Shown piece by piece: positions 24,763 to 36,600 of a stretch of DNA of 64,000 bases. Under the pieces are notes generated by a model, which worked only from the letters and a program-made list of their open reading frames with translations, was not told where the DNA came from and searched no databases. How positions within the stretch are numbered: the stretch's first letter is position 1; each line of letters begins with the position of its first letter. The stretch spans positions 5,340 to 69,339 of the forward strand of contig NIVC01001288.1 of NCBI GenBank assembly GCA_002269645.1, given 5' to 3'. The stretch is from Macrostomum lignano (taxonomy: Eukaryota). A program made the position numbers and the translations under genes.

Positions 24763-27331
24763 TTGTTGATTTCTCTGTAATTTTAGATTTTACAGTTTTT
24801 TATTTTACTTACATGACGCAATTGTTAATCATGGAAGGCAATTTTTCTTTAACTACGCTTGTAATTGAGACAACATGACCAAATTTAATATTTTTATATC
24901 CACTGAGTAAATTTATTATAAAGTCATAGATAGACATACGTTAACTTAAATTAATTTTTATTAATCTAGTTTAATTTGATTTCTCTCTACTAAATAACAA
25001 CAGAAATAGATGTTACCATACGGTAAAAAACAGAGTTTATATTCTACAACACAATCCTTTGTCAATTAATTTTCTTTTATGCATTCTTTGCTGTTATTGT
25101 ATACTCATCAGTTTAATTAATGGTTAAGTTATTGTAAAAAATGAACTAACCTAATTTATAACGTATTTTTAATGTGAAAAAGTGAAAGAGAAAGTGAAAA
25201 AGTGAAGTAAAAATAAAGTACGAAATCAAACATCTAAACCTTCTATAAACAATAGAAAAGCCACTGTCAAGATAAAATGAAAGTCAAATAACAAATTATG
25301 AATTTGCGGCTCGAAAATTGCACGTACCCGTCATCGACGTATACTCAGTGACGCAAATTAAACGTTTCAAAACTACGTTGTAAACTATTTATTGGCTTGA
25401 AAACAGTGAAAACCAGAGACACATCAAAGTTAAATATTTTCGTTGCTAGAAGCCTCAAAGCAATTTAGTTACAGAATTCAATTTATATTGTAGAACCAAA
25501 TAGCAAATAAAAACACACATAAAACAATTAATTCGTAGACTAACTACGACCCAAATGTTAATAAAATTTTCAGCTATTGTTTTAACGAACAAATTAACGA
25601 CGTTTAAAGAAAGTGAATTACACGACGTATTATACGCAGTTTATATTTACTTGTAGCATGGAACTAAAAATAGGAATTTAACGCACAGCTTTTTGTGTAT
25701 AATGGTGATTTTTCATTGTGCTAGTTAGCTGCACGAGTTTTTTATGTCAGCGCAGTAGCTTTTTGAGCTGCACATCCGTGAGATGGATCAGCACCGGAAC
25801 TCCATAAGTCATGCAGCTATCTATGTACAATCTGTAAATAAGTCTGAGATGCAACCGTATACCGTGATATATCTCGAGCCGAAGTGCTAAGTGGTGGTGT
25901 GAAATAGGAGGGGGATTTGTTACGGACGGACAGGAATCTACTCTACTTGAACTATTTTTGGTGAAAATTCCAAATGTCGCGGCGTGGATAAAAGACGCGG
26001 TGGCCAAAAATATAGAACACATGCACTTCTGTAAGTTAACCTCATAATGTTAACTGTTAAGTGTTAACAAATATAATATGCTCCGACGTATTTAAGTAGT
26101 AAGTACATTTATGTCTGTTTACGAGGTATATGTACGTGTATGTACTTTTAGTTATATCCCAGTGAAAAATGATTCATGGATTCCACGTGGGTTCCACGTG
26201 GCCATGTGGAATTTAAATGTTTCCTTAATTTTTGCAAATTAATGACTTAAAGATGACATAATGGTATGCAAAGTATTTTTTATGCATTATTTTTTAATTT
26301 TTACTGTCCTAATGTTGATGTGGATTTTACAAGGAATTCATGAGAAATAAGCGTATATTGATTCAACATGGAATCCACTTCGATAAAAAACTGTGATACA
26401 CCACATTCAGACGTTTTTATGAAATTACTATAATTAATTATTACATTTATATGCTTTTAAGTAAAAATTAATATCTTAAAGCTAAATTATAATCAGAAAA
26501 TAAGATACTGTTTGTTAAAATAGACGAAAAAGAAGTGAACAATAAAAAACGTTTCGTGCTTTTTAAGATTAAATTTATTTTATTTTATATTCGTCAATGT
26601 CTTGCATGGTTCAAGGCCTTGAAAGATAAATTGCCTTGTTTATGGCTATTTAAGCACCTTAAAAATTTTAGTAGACGTAGCCTATAGGCAATAACTTATA
26701 AGGCCATGGCCTCCATGGGATTGGAAATTAGATAAATCAGTATTTCATCATAGATAGGCCTAATACTTTTGCCAGTTTTGGTAAAATCCATCCATGATAA
26801 ATTTATTTAGGCTTATCCAATTTCTAGGAATCCCATGGCCATGTCCATAGATTGGCTACTCATTTTAAATAGGCCTTTCGAAGTTCATAATTTCCTCTTA
26901 GTCCTACCTATTAGTCCTATCTATTTATGTATACTTATTAATATTAGGCCTATTTTAAGCTAGGCCTATAACTATCAATTCAGGTCCTTCTATTTTAATT
27001 AAGGTTAAGACTAGGCCTAGCTTGACTTTGTGAATTGTGACTAGTCAATCTAGTTAATCTGTTAAAAATCTATTCATTTATGATTTTCTTCAAAAAAGCC
27101 TATTAGCATCTTTTGGACTTGTTGCATTTTTAAAAACAATATTATTAATCATTATAAATAATTCTTTGCAATTACACTTGCAACCTGTTTTTGGCATAGC
27201 TAGCCTAGCAGATCCCTAAGGTTGCTATTATAAATAAATAATGATTATTATAAATTTGATCTGATTTAGGCCAAGTCCAGAATTTAATAGCCATAGGGCA
27301 TAGCTTTTAAGATTAGGCCTAATGTTTAGGC

Positions 27332-27736
27332 CGGTGCATGACCAAGACCGCCACATACCAAGACCGCCACAGCTCTTACTGACTATTGGAATTGAGGGGA
27401 AGCTACCAATCTTTCAGCATTGCTATTGGTTATGATGGGTTGTGGAGTTAGATAAGGAGGAAGTGTCCTAAGATTGGTCACTAATAAGATGAATAAGTGG
27501 CCCAAAATGATTGCAAGTCAACCAGGGCAATTTTAACAATTCAAATTAAATGAAAAAACAAGGAGCCTGGCTCACTCACCTATCTAGCCAGGCTAGCCTG
27601 CTCACTAGTTCTTCTCTCGTGGCCTTGTCTTGCTGGCTCTCCCCATCTTACCCCTCCTCAGCCCCATCCAATAACATGGCGAGCCAAATTCCTCCCTCCT
27701 AGCTCCCCCAAATGTGGCGGTCTTGGTCCTATACTG
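27332..27736. mobile_element. MITE nested in the CMC-like element
   Basis: 25-bp imperfect TIRs (core GACCAAGACCGCCACAT) flanked by a 7-bp direct repeat TTTAGGC. Confidence 0.75.
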
Positions 27737-27757
27737 TTTAGGCCTAATCATACTATT

Positions 27758-28113
27758 TTTTTATTAGAGGCAGGGGGTTGTATACACCCTGGCACACTTT
27801 AAGCGACATAGGCATACAACTAGCGAGAGGCATTGCTGCCTATTCCACTAACTCCCCTGAGCAGGCACACAAGCGTGCGGATATGTATGCAGGCACACTT
27901 ACACAGGAGTATACAATGGCCCTAACTTTATTTATTGTTAGGCATGTATACTTCACTGTGCCTTGGGGGTTGGCTCTCAAGGCTGTTAATTGCACAAGCA
28001 GAGAGCCAAGCCAAGATTCCAATTCAGCCCCAAATTAATGTGACTACTCTTAGAATCAAGCCTAGGTCGCTAGCACACTAGAGCAGCTGTGCTACCGCTT
28101 GGCTACAGCCCCC
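27758..28113 (-). mobile_element. tRNA-derived SINE
   Basis: Minus strand begins GGGGGCTGTAGCCAAGCGGTAGC (A box), has a degenerate B box GGCTTGATTCT and ends in an A-rich tail. Second full copy at 36017-36365. Confidence 0.8.
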
Positions 28114-31100
28114 CTTTTAATTATAATAGGCCAGCAAATATAAAAAAACATGCATTGCTTTGCCTAAATACTTTATAGTCTAAAATCAGTTTTAAAATAA
28201 AAAAATAAATTTATAGAAACATATATTAATTTTTTGTACTTATTATTTTAATTTTATTAATTTAATTTTATTGATTGACTTAGGTAGGGTTTTCTTTTTT
28301 GCTAGAGACAAGGTGCAAAATCATACCCTATGCTCACTTTTAGGGTTTTATGATTTTAAGGCTTAGAATGTAGTTTCTCTTTTTTCTTATATAAAGGCAG
28401 TGCAAAAAAGGCTTCAACAGAAAAATAGGTAATGAGATCACACCTAAACTGTATCATCAACTTTTTAATTTCAATTTTCAAGGTGCAATTTTAAAATTTA
28501 GGGTGCATATACACACTTTGCGCTTAAAAAAATAAACCTAGGACTTAGGCCTAGTTAATTTTAAAATAAACTTTATTTTATTTTATAAGTATTCATCATT
28601 AAATTAGTTTTATGAATTATATCAATACTATTTATCAATCTTAATTGGCAACAATTATTTTTCTATTTCATGCATGCCTAACATTACATGGCCCATCCTC
28701 AAACTTGGATGTCACCTTGGTCTTGCATTTGAAGAAGCTTGCAAAGCTACTTGGTTATTTGAATTTAATATCTCAAATGCTACCTTTTGTGAAGCAATGG
28801 TAAGTTTTAGTTATAAACTGATTTTTTTCTGTCATCAAAATCTATCAAAATCTATTACAAAATCTGTCAATCTGTTATAAAATTCTGTAATTTAACCCCT
28901 TTCTTTTCTAAGGTTGCTCACCTGACCTGAAGAAGCAGCATTCTGGCAATTGGCAGCAGCATGTTTCTGACTGTTCTAATTCTGATGCATTATATTATTG
29001 TTAATTAATTAATGCTATTGACAATGTCAATTTCAAATTATATATTATATCATATGCGCAGTGCAACTCTAAAGATATCAATATTTACATCAGTGTGTTT
29101 ATTCTTTGTGTGCCAGTGACTCACTACTGTACATAAATACACCTTACATCGTTTTTGAATATTGAATATTGAATTTTTGTGCAGAAATATTTTTTGCTAT
29201 AGCTAGTGTTTCATCTGTGTTTCAGTTTCTTTTATATGGTATTGAGATCTGGGGTTCATATGAAATTTTGAGATCTGGTATTATTTTGAGATTGAGGATG
29301 CAACAATTTATTATGGCAACCAGTATAATGGCTGCTTACTCAATGACAATGTGGATTCTATGTGAAATACATAATTACTTCCATATGGATCTTCCATGTG
29401 GAATCCATATCTTGATTCCACATGGATGGACGGAGACAAATGCACATATGGATTTCATATGAAAAATCCACATGGAATCCATATCATTTTTTTCACTGGG
29501 ATGTATACGTATCTATCCGTATACTATATCCGTATACTATATCCGTGCTTATAACATTAGTTCACTAATTCATTCTTAGCATCAAGGGGCCTTTTCATAT
29601 TGCTTGTTCTGGTTCCAGAACCAGAACCAATTTGTGAAGTATAACTTTTTGTCTCCATAACTAGATCAGGGAGATACGTGCTATAAAGTTTTTATTATTG
29701 AATGACAATCGCCAAGAAGAAAGTGAAAATTGTGCCAAGTTAGGTTGTTAAGGCAGTCAAATATTAACAGAGTTTAATAGTTATACTGCTGTTTTTCTTG
29801 GAATTCCGAACCGATTCTGGTTCTGGAATTGGTAATATTGTGGTAGGCGAGGCCTCCCACTATACCTCCCACTGTTTCACACCGTTTCACACCTACACGT
29901 GTGTGAAACGGTGTCTTAACTTCGTGACCTCGGAAGCACTTTATTTTGACCCTTAGAGGTCTATCGAGAAGCGCTAGAGCAAACTCGAGCTAGTTTCCAG
30001 CTTTAGAGCTTTTCCCGCGTAAAATCGCGGTGGTGGCAGCGACCTACTACTATTAGTAACACTCTCGAGAATTTTTAGTTTATTTTGAAGTGCCCCTCAT
30101 CGGCTATAAATCTCTGCATTCGGCCTTCTGAACGTCGGCATACTAGACCGCTCAGCCGCGACCACAGCTACCCTCCCCCTGAGCCTGAGGAACTCAGCAG
30201 CGGAGCTCCCCGTCATCTACAAGCCGAAATCTTCGTTAAGTTTGTTTGAAACGACAAAGCGCACTGATTCGAACGGACGAGAACGAACGAATTTCAAGAA
30301 GCCCAGCAGCTAGAATAGTTGTCAAACCCCCCCCCCCCGACCTTAATATGAAAAGGCCCAAGGACGACTTAAGTAGAAGGACGGGAAATCTCGTTTCTTG
30401 GAAATTTTTTGAAGGCAGGCTTTTCCGAAAACACAATGGATATAGGAAGTTTTCATTTTTTCACCACAAAAATTGTCATTGCTTTTGATAGGAGGCAGAT
30501 CCAGTGTTCAACATTTGAAATGTTGTGCCTTTCTTATTGCTCTATCGATATTCATAAAGCCTTTCGTTCAATGAATTAAGATTCTATGTTAATTTTTTTG
30601 TATGTACATTTGCACGGCCTATCTTAGTGCACGTGTCTTGAAAACAAATAAGACTGGTACAGTGGTACTTGACTAACAGGCTGTGTTGCCTAAGCCAATT
30701 TCTACTACTACTTCAATTAGCGTCAAAAATTATACTTAATATTAGGCCTAGCTACCTCAAAAACGAAAACATTTTCATTGTAGCCATAGGTCTAATATAA
30801 ATAACCTGGCCTGGCCCCTGGGCCTATCCACATTGATGATTGATTGTATTTGTGTATAAAGGGCATCTAGCCTACAATAGACTAAAAATAGTATATACAT
30901 ATACTCAACTCAATCTTAATGATAATAAACTGCATATTGCTTTTTTCAACTTTGTTTCAATTTTATAATTAAAGTTAATACAAACTCTAAGTTGATTTGA
31001 GATTTTGAATAGTTTTAACTTTATTTATGGCTAGGCCCTATGACTATGAGCATGATAGGCAGATAATAAGAGAATTAAGTCAGGGATTTGTTTACATAAT

Positions 31101-32819
31101 TTTAATTAGGCCTAAGCAAAAATAAAAGATAGGAACAAAATTTTTTTGAATAGGGGCTAGGTAATAAATAAATTATTTAGAATTTGTGGTTGAATATCTA
31201 GCTAGCTAGGCCTAGTAAAAAATATTTTGGAAAAAATGAAATCTTTTTTAACTATAGTCTATAGGCCTACCATAGCCTAGATGTTATAAATGAAATCATA
31301 TATGCACAACTGCCGGCTGACTTGGCCGATCTGGCCACCATAAATTGTGGTGGACCAGGGGTAAGTCGCAAAAATGCCACCCCAAAGAGTACAAATGTAG
31401 TACTAATTAGATGCAAAGCATTTAGAGCTGATAAGAAAGTCATAGTTACTCCTGCCATTTACCCAAAACTGCATTAATTTTGCTTGTTTTTTCATAGGTA
31501 AGTCACATTTTTGGTCAAAAAGTAAGTTGCATGGCCAGTATAAATCAGGGGGGTTTTGCATATATGAATAAAGTAGTAGCTAAATTAATTTTTTGTGATT
31601 ATAAAAATAGGATTAGAGTTAAATATTCTTATTTATTGCATATTTAATTTTTTACTTAGAACATTACAATTCAAATGGGTGCAGAGTGATAGCTTAAAGT
31701 TGAAAGATTTGTCATTAGCATATAAGTCCAACTATTATCAGTTAGGTAGATAGACTTTGTCAGTGCCAGTGGTTAGGCCTAGTCAATAAAGGGTAAATGT
31801 AATAGACTTAGAACTCAAATAGTTCTATTTTTGTTACTTTTTTCTTATTGATGGGGCTATCTTTTCTCCAGTTTTACTAATTGGCAATTAACAACCAAAT
31901 ATTAGGCCTTAAACTTATCAATCTTTAGGTTCTATTTCCATTCCATTTTCCAAGCTGCACTATGTAGGATGCAATGCTAGTATGTTATATTGGTATGGCA
32001 CTTGACAGCATAATGGGCACTTAAAGGTAGTCCCTTTGAGTTTGCTTGAATTTTTCAAAGTTTGAACTAGACAACCATGCTAATGCACAGTACTATATAC
32101 AACTCTCCACAATGCTCTTGCACATTATTAGCAGGTCCACTGTTTGTTACTATTAGCTAGTATTTGCTAGGAACCATATCGCTTATGCTCTACTTTTTAT
32201 CTTTGCAACTACTAGCTTAGCATGCTCCATGAATATTATTAGGCCAACCTATTGATAATCATACCTAGATATTTAAGCTTTCTAAATGTGGCAATAGCTT
32301 GGCCTATAATGCCAATGCCAATGCCAATAGGCCAATGTCAGTGGCTTTATCCTTAGGTGACCTACTAAAGATATTCCTCACACTTTAGTAGGTTAAGCCT
32401 CTTTTTAGATCATAAGCCCAATATTCTATCTTATCCAATGCTCTCCATATATGGTAGCAGGTTGTTTCCATGGACTGATCTGATATTCAGATAGCCAGAT
32501 CATCTGCACTGCAAAGCCTTTGTACTACACACACCAACCTCTTTTAGGTCTATCCACTCGTTAGTTAGGTTTTTTGTCATAGGCATGCCATGACATGTCA
32601 AAATTAAAAATGGCATAATGATCTTGATGCTGTTATGCCAAAACAGCATAACAATTTTTTGCCATTATGCCACAGCCAAAATGCCAATACTGAATCCCTA
32701 ATTCTAAAGTTCAATTTTGCTTTTAAATTTGCCAAACTGACTAAGCTATTATCACTCCCATCTGAATCTGAAATTATGCTAATGGCATGTCAAAGTTGAA
32801 AATGGCATAACAATTTTGA

Positions 32820-33180
32820 CGAAAAACCCAGCTCATTAGCATACAACAGAAAAAGGGCCAGGAAACCCACTGCTCCTTGAGGTAGGCCCTCCTGGAACCT
32901 TCTCCGTTTACTGCATCCTCTCCATTTATTGCATCATCCTACTCCCACTCTTGCCTGGTAACCGAAGCTGGTGAACCATTTAACCAGTTGCACCGGGGCT
33001 CTCTCCATCATCCTGCTGATCAGTTTTACCCTCCATACTCTCTCATAAGCCTTAGAGCAGTCAAGTGTTAAAGCAATGGTCTTAAGTGTTTTTCTCGCTT
33101 CCCACTCATCCTGAATGGACTGGACATGCCATATGACCTGCTCTTTGGTGCTGCGGCCTCTGAAAGCCCGCCTGCCAGCT
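32820..33180 (-). pseudogene. Degraded non-LTR retrotransposon reverse transcriptase fragment
   Basis: Minus frames give QAGF/RGRSTKEQV..LTLDCSKAYERVWR..EGLPQGAVGFLALFLLYANEL, matching LINE RT motifs, with frameshifts and stops. Confidence 0.8.
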
Positions 33181-33187
33181 CTTGATG

Positions 33188-33445
33188 TTTGTTGTTGTTA
33201 ATGCCAAAGTTTCCTATTCAGGGGGGGGGGGGGGTTCGCCTTGAACCAGGTCCAGAACGCCAGCGCCCCTACCTCGTTGGTCCAGAGGTCAGATAGATCC
33301 ATGATGGCGTATCTGTTCCTGGTCCAGAAGGTGACCGCGCAGCTGCAGATGGCTCGGTAGTTTCTTCGTCTTCCCTGCAATATCTGCACCTTCCCGTGTC
33401 CTTGTTGATTTTTTTGTTGGGGCGCGAGGACGCGAGCTCCATATA
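33188..33445 (-). mobile_element. 3' terminal fragment of a non-LTR retrotransposon
   Basis: CRYCREDEETTE/ICSC resembles the C-terminal zinc-knuckle of I/R1-type LINEs, with a frameshift. A short (AAC)n tail follows. Confidence 0.5.
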
Positions 33446-33683
33446 GTTTTATCACCTCTCTCCTCTCATTTATGTTAGGCCTATCACCTTTGAATTGTCT
33501 ACTTATTATACTTACTTCTTTTATGAAGTAATTCAAATTCAAGAATGAATCATTTTGGTTGATTCTGCATGCACTTTACTTGCAATTAAAAAGCTCTGAC
33601 TTGTAATCCATATTTCATGCTTCTCCATCGCATCAAGCCCAGGTTGAGCAATGCAGTGCCAGGGTCTGGACGAAAATGCCACC

Positions 33684-36600
33684 ATGTCAGATCTACACAA
33701 TCGTATACTGAACTATTTGTCTAGTGGCCAGCGCTCAAAGCAGGAAATTCTTCATGCGGTCCAGCCCTGCACATCATTCAGGCTGACGGTGGCTCTGCAG
33801 CAGCTCGTCCAAGCAGATCTTCTTAGCTGCTCGAATGGAAAGTGTTTTCTGCGCAATTCCACCGATACTGACTTTCCTGCTTACTCGAGTACCAATTCAT
33901 CTGATTTGAAATTTGCATCATCTGAAGTCTCGTCAATAGCTGCTTTACCACCAGCAGAGTGTCCGGCCTCGTCAGCTGCATTTCCACCTGCAGGGTGTCC
34001 GGCCTCATCAGCTGCTTTACCACCAGCAGAGTGTCCGGCCTCGTCAGCTGCATTTCCACCTGCAGGGTGTCCGGCCTCATCAGCTGCTTTACCACCAGCA
34101 GAGTGTCCGGCCTCGTCAGCTGCATTTCCACCTGCAGGGTGTCCGGCCTCATCAGCTGCATTACCACCTGCAGGGTGTCCGGCCTCATCAGTAGCTGCAT
34201 CACCTAACCCAGCCAGCACTGCACAACCCAGTGCTTTCAAGCGGCCGTTGCCTCCGCACGAGCTGCTGAAGCTCGGAGGCGCCTGCTCTGACGCCACTGC
34301 TTCCGTCTCTGCTTTGGGGCCCCCTGTGCCGCCTTCATCCATGGCGGTGCGAGGCCGAGGCTGGGGCCGCGGCTTGCAGCGCCAATTCCCGCAGCAGCCG
34401 CAGCAAAGCCAGCAGCCGATGCAGCAAACTCAGCCACAGCCACCTGCTTCGCTGGCTGCACAGAATCTATCAGATGGAGATTCTGACTTGGAGTCAGATT
34501 CCAATGCGTTATTTGAAGACAGCGATTCCGAACTCTCGAGTATTCATTTCATGCTTGTGTAGTTGTTTATTAGCTCCCCTGCTCCGTGTTTATAATCAGA
34601 GCATAGTCTCACCCGCCCCTCCCACAGGCCTACAGCGCTCCCTGCTCCGTGTTTATAATCAGAGCATAGTATCACCCGCCCCTCCCACAGGCCTACAGCG
34701 CTCCCTGCTCCGTGTTTATAATCAGAGCATAGTCTCACCCGCCCCTCCCACAGGCCTACAGCGCTCCCTGCTCCGTGTTTATAATCAGAGCATAGTCTCA
34801 CCCGCCCCTCCCACAGGCCTACAGCGCTCCCTGCTCCGTGTTTATAATCAGAGCATAGTCTCACCCGCCCCTCCCACAGGCCTACAGCGCTCCCTGCTCC
34901 GTGTTTATAATCAGAGCATAGTCTCACCCGCCCCTCCCACAGGCCTGCAGCGCTCCCTGCTCCGTGTTTATAATCAGAGCATAGTCTCACCCGCCCCTCC
35001 CACAGGCCTGCAGCGCTCCCTACTCCGTGTTTATAATCAGAGCATAGTCTCACCCGCCCCTCCCACAGGCCTACAGCGCTCCCTGCTCCGTGTTTATAAT
35101 CAGAGCATAGTCTCACCCGCCCCTCCCACAGGCCTGCAGCGCTCCCTGCTTTGTGTTTATAATCAGAGCATAGTCTCACCCGCCCCTCCCACAGGCCTGC
35201 AGCGCTCCCTACTCCGTGTTTATAATCAGAGCATAGTCTCACCCGCCCCTCCCACAGGCCTACAGCGCTCCCTGCTCCGTGTTTATAATCAGAGCATAGT
35301 CTCACCCGCCCCTCCCACAGGCCTGCAGCGCTCCCTGCTCCGTGTTTATAATCAGAGCATAGTCTCACCCGCCCCTCCCACAGGCCTGCAGCGCTCCCTG
35401 CTCCGCGCCCTTTCGGACAGATGGCCGCAAGCTGTCAGCCGCCTGCAGCTGCAGAAGCAGGTTGGTGCAGCCAGCAAGTCGGAGGTGAACCGCTCGCTGT
35501 ACGGTCTGCATAAGGCGGGGCTGGTTACCAAGGCAACGGACAGCCCACCGCAGTGGCTGTCTGTCATTGCCATTGGGGACGCCAGCAGTGCATCAGATGC
35601 GGGACCGGAAGTTCAGGAAAAAAATGCCGTCTCTCGCTTGCAGGTGCGTGACTGTTAAACTTTTACGTGGTTCTTTTTTATTGATATTAACAGTAGGCAC
35701 ACAAAGCCATTTTCCGCTCGTCAAACTATCTGGGGGGCAACTTTTTTGCTGCGCCAGAATGGCCCAACGCAGACACACGAAGCTCCAGAACACGGGGTAA
35801 CTCTTTTTGGGGCACTTTCTCAAACAGGAAGCAAGTCGCCAGTCCTCTAGACCCGTCAAGATATTTAACGATTCTGCCAGAAATTCAGATTTTTAATGTG
35901 CTGATAAAAATTGGAGGCTTGACAAGGCTGCACAGAGGGCGAGGCGCAGTGCTGATTGGCGCACAGGGGCGTTAAATATACTAATGCTATGGGAAAATCC
36001 GACCTTCTGTTTGAGTATTTTTTTATTAGAGGCAGGGTGGTTGTGTGCACCCTGGCGCACTTTAAGTGACATAGACACACAACCGGCGAGAGGCATTACT
36101 GCCCATTCCGCCGACTCCCCTGAGCAGGCATACAAGCGCGCGGATACGTACGCAGGCAACACACTCACACAGGAGTGTACAGCGGCCCTAACTTTATTTT
36201 ATCGTTAGGCATGTACACTCCACTGCGCCTTGGGGGTTGGCTTTCAAGGCTGTTAATTGCACGAGCAGAGCCAAGCCGAGATTCCAATTCAGCCCCAAAT
36301 TAATGTGACTGCACTTGGAATCGAGCCTGGGTCGCTGGCACACCAGAGCAGCTGGGCTACGGCCCCCCCCCCCATTCTGTTTGAGTAGGTGGGGAACAAT
36401 GTTTGCTCGTGTTCTGGAGTTTCGTGTGCCTGTGCTACTCCGTTCCGGCGCAGCAAAAAATTGTCAGGGGATCCTCCTGCTGCTAAAGCTCCTGAATTTG
36501 ACTTCTGTTGTGAATCCCTTTGTGACTTTAAGCTCACTCTGTGGCTCTCAAAAACTTATCCATCAACTATAGATTCCCCATCTACATGTATAATAACTAT

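Larger units (their letters stand above)
26158..29500. mobile_element. Non-autonomous CMC/EnSpm-like DNA transposon with nested insertions
   Basis: TIRs CCCAGTGAAAAATGA / TCATTTTTTTCACTGGG, a 2-bp AT TSD, and subterminal CCATGTGGAAT/TTCCACATGG repeats at both ends. No transposase ORF. Confidence 0.8.
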
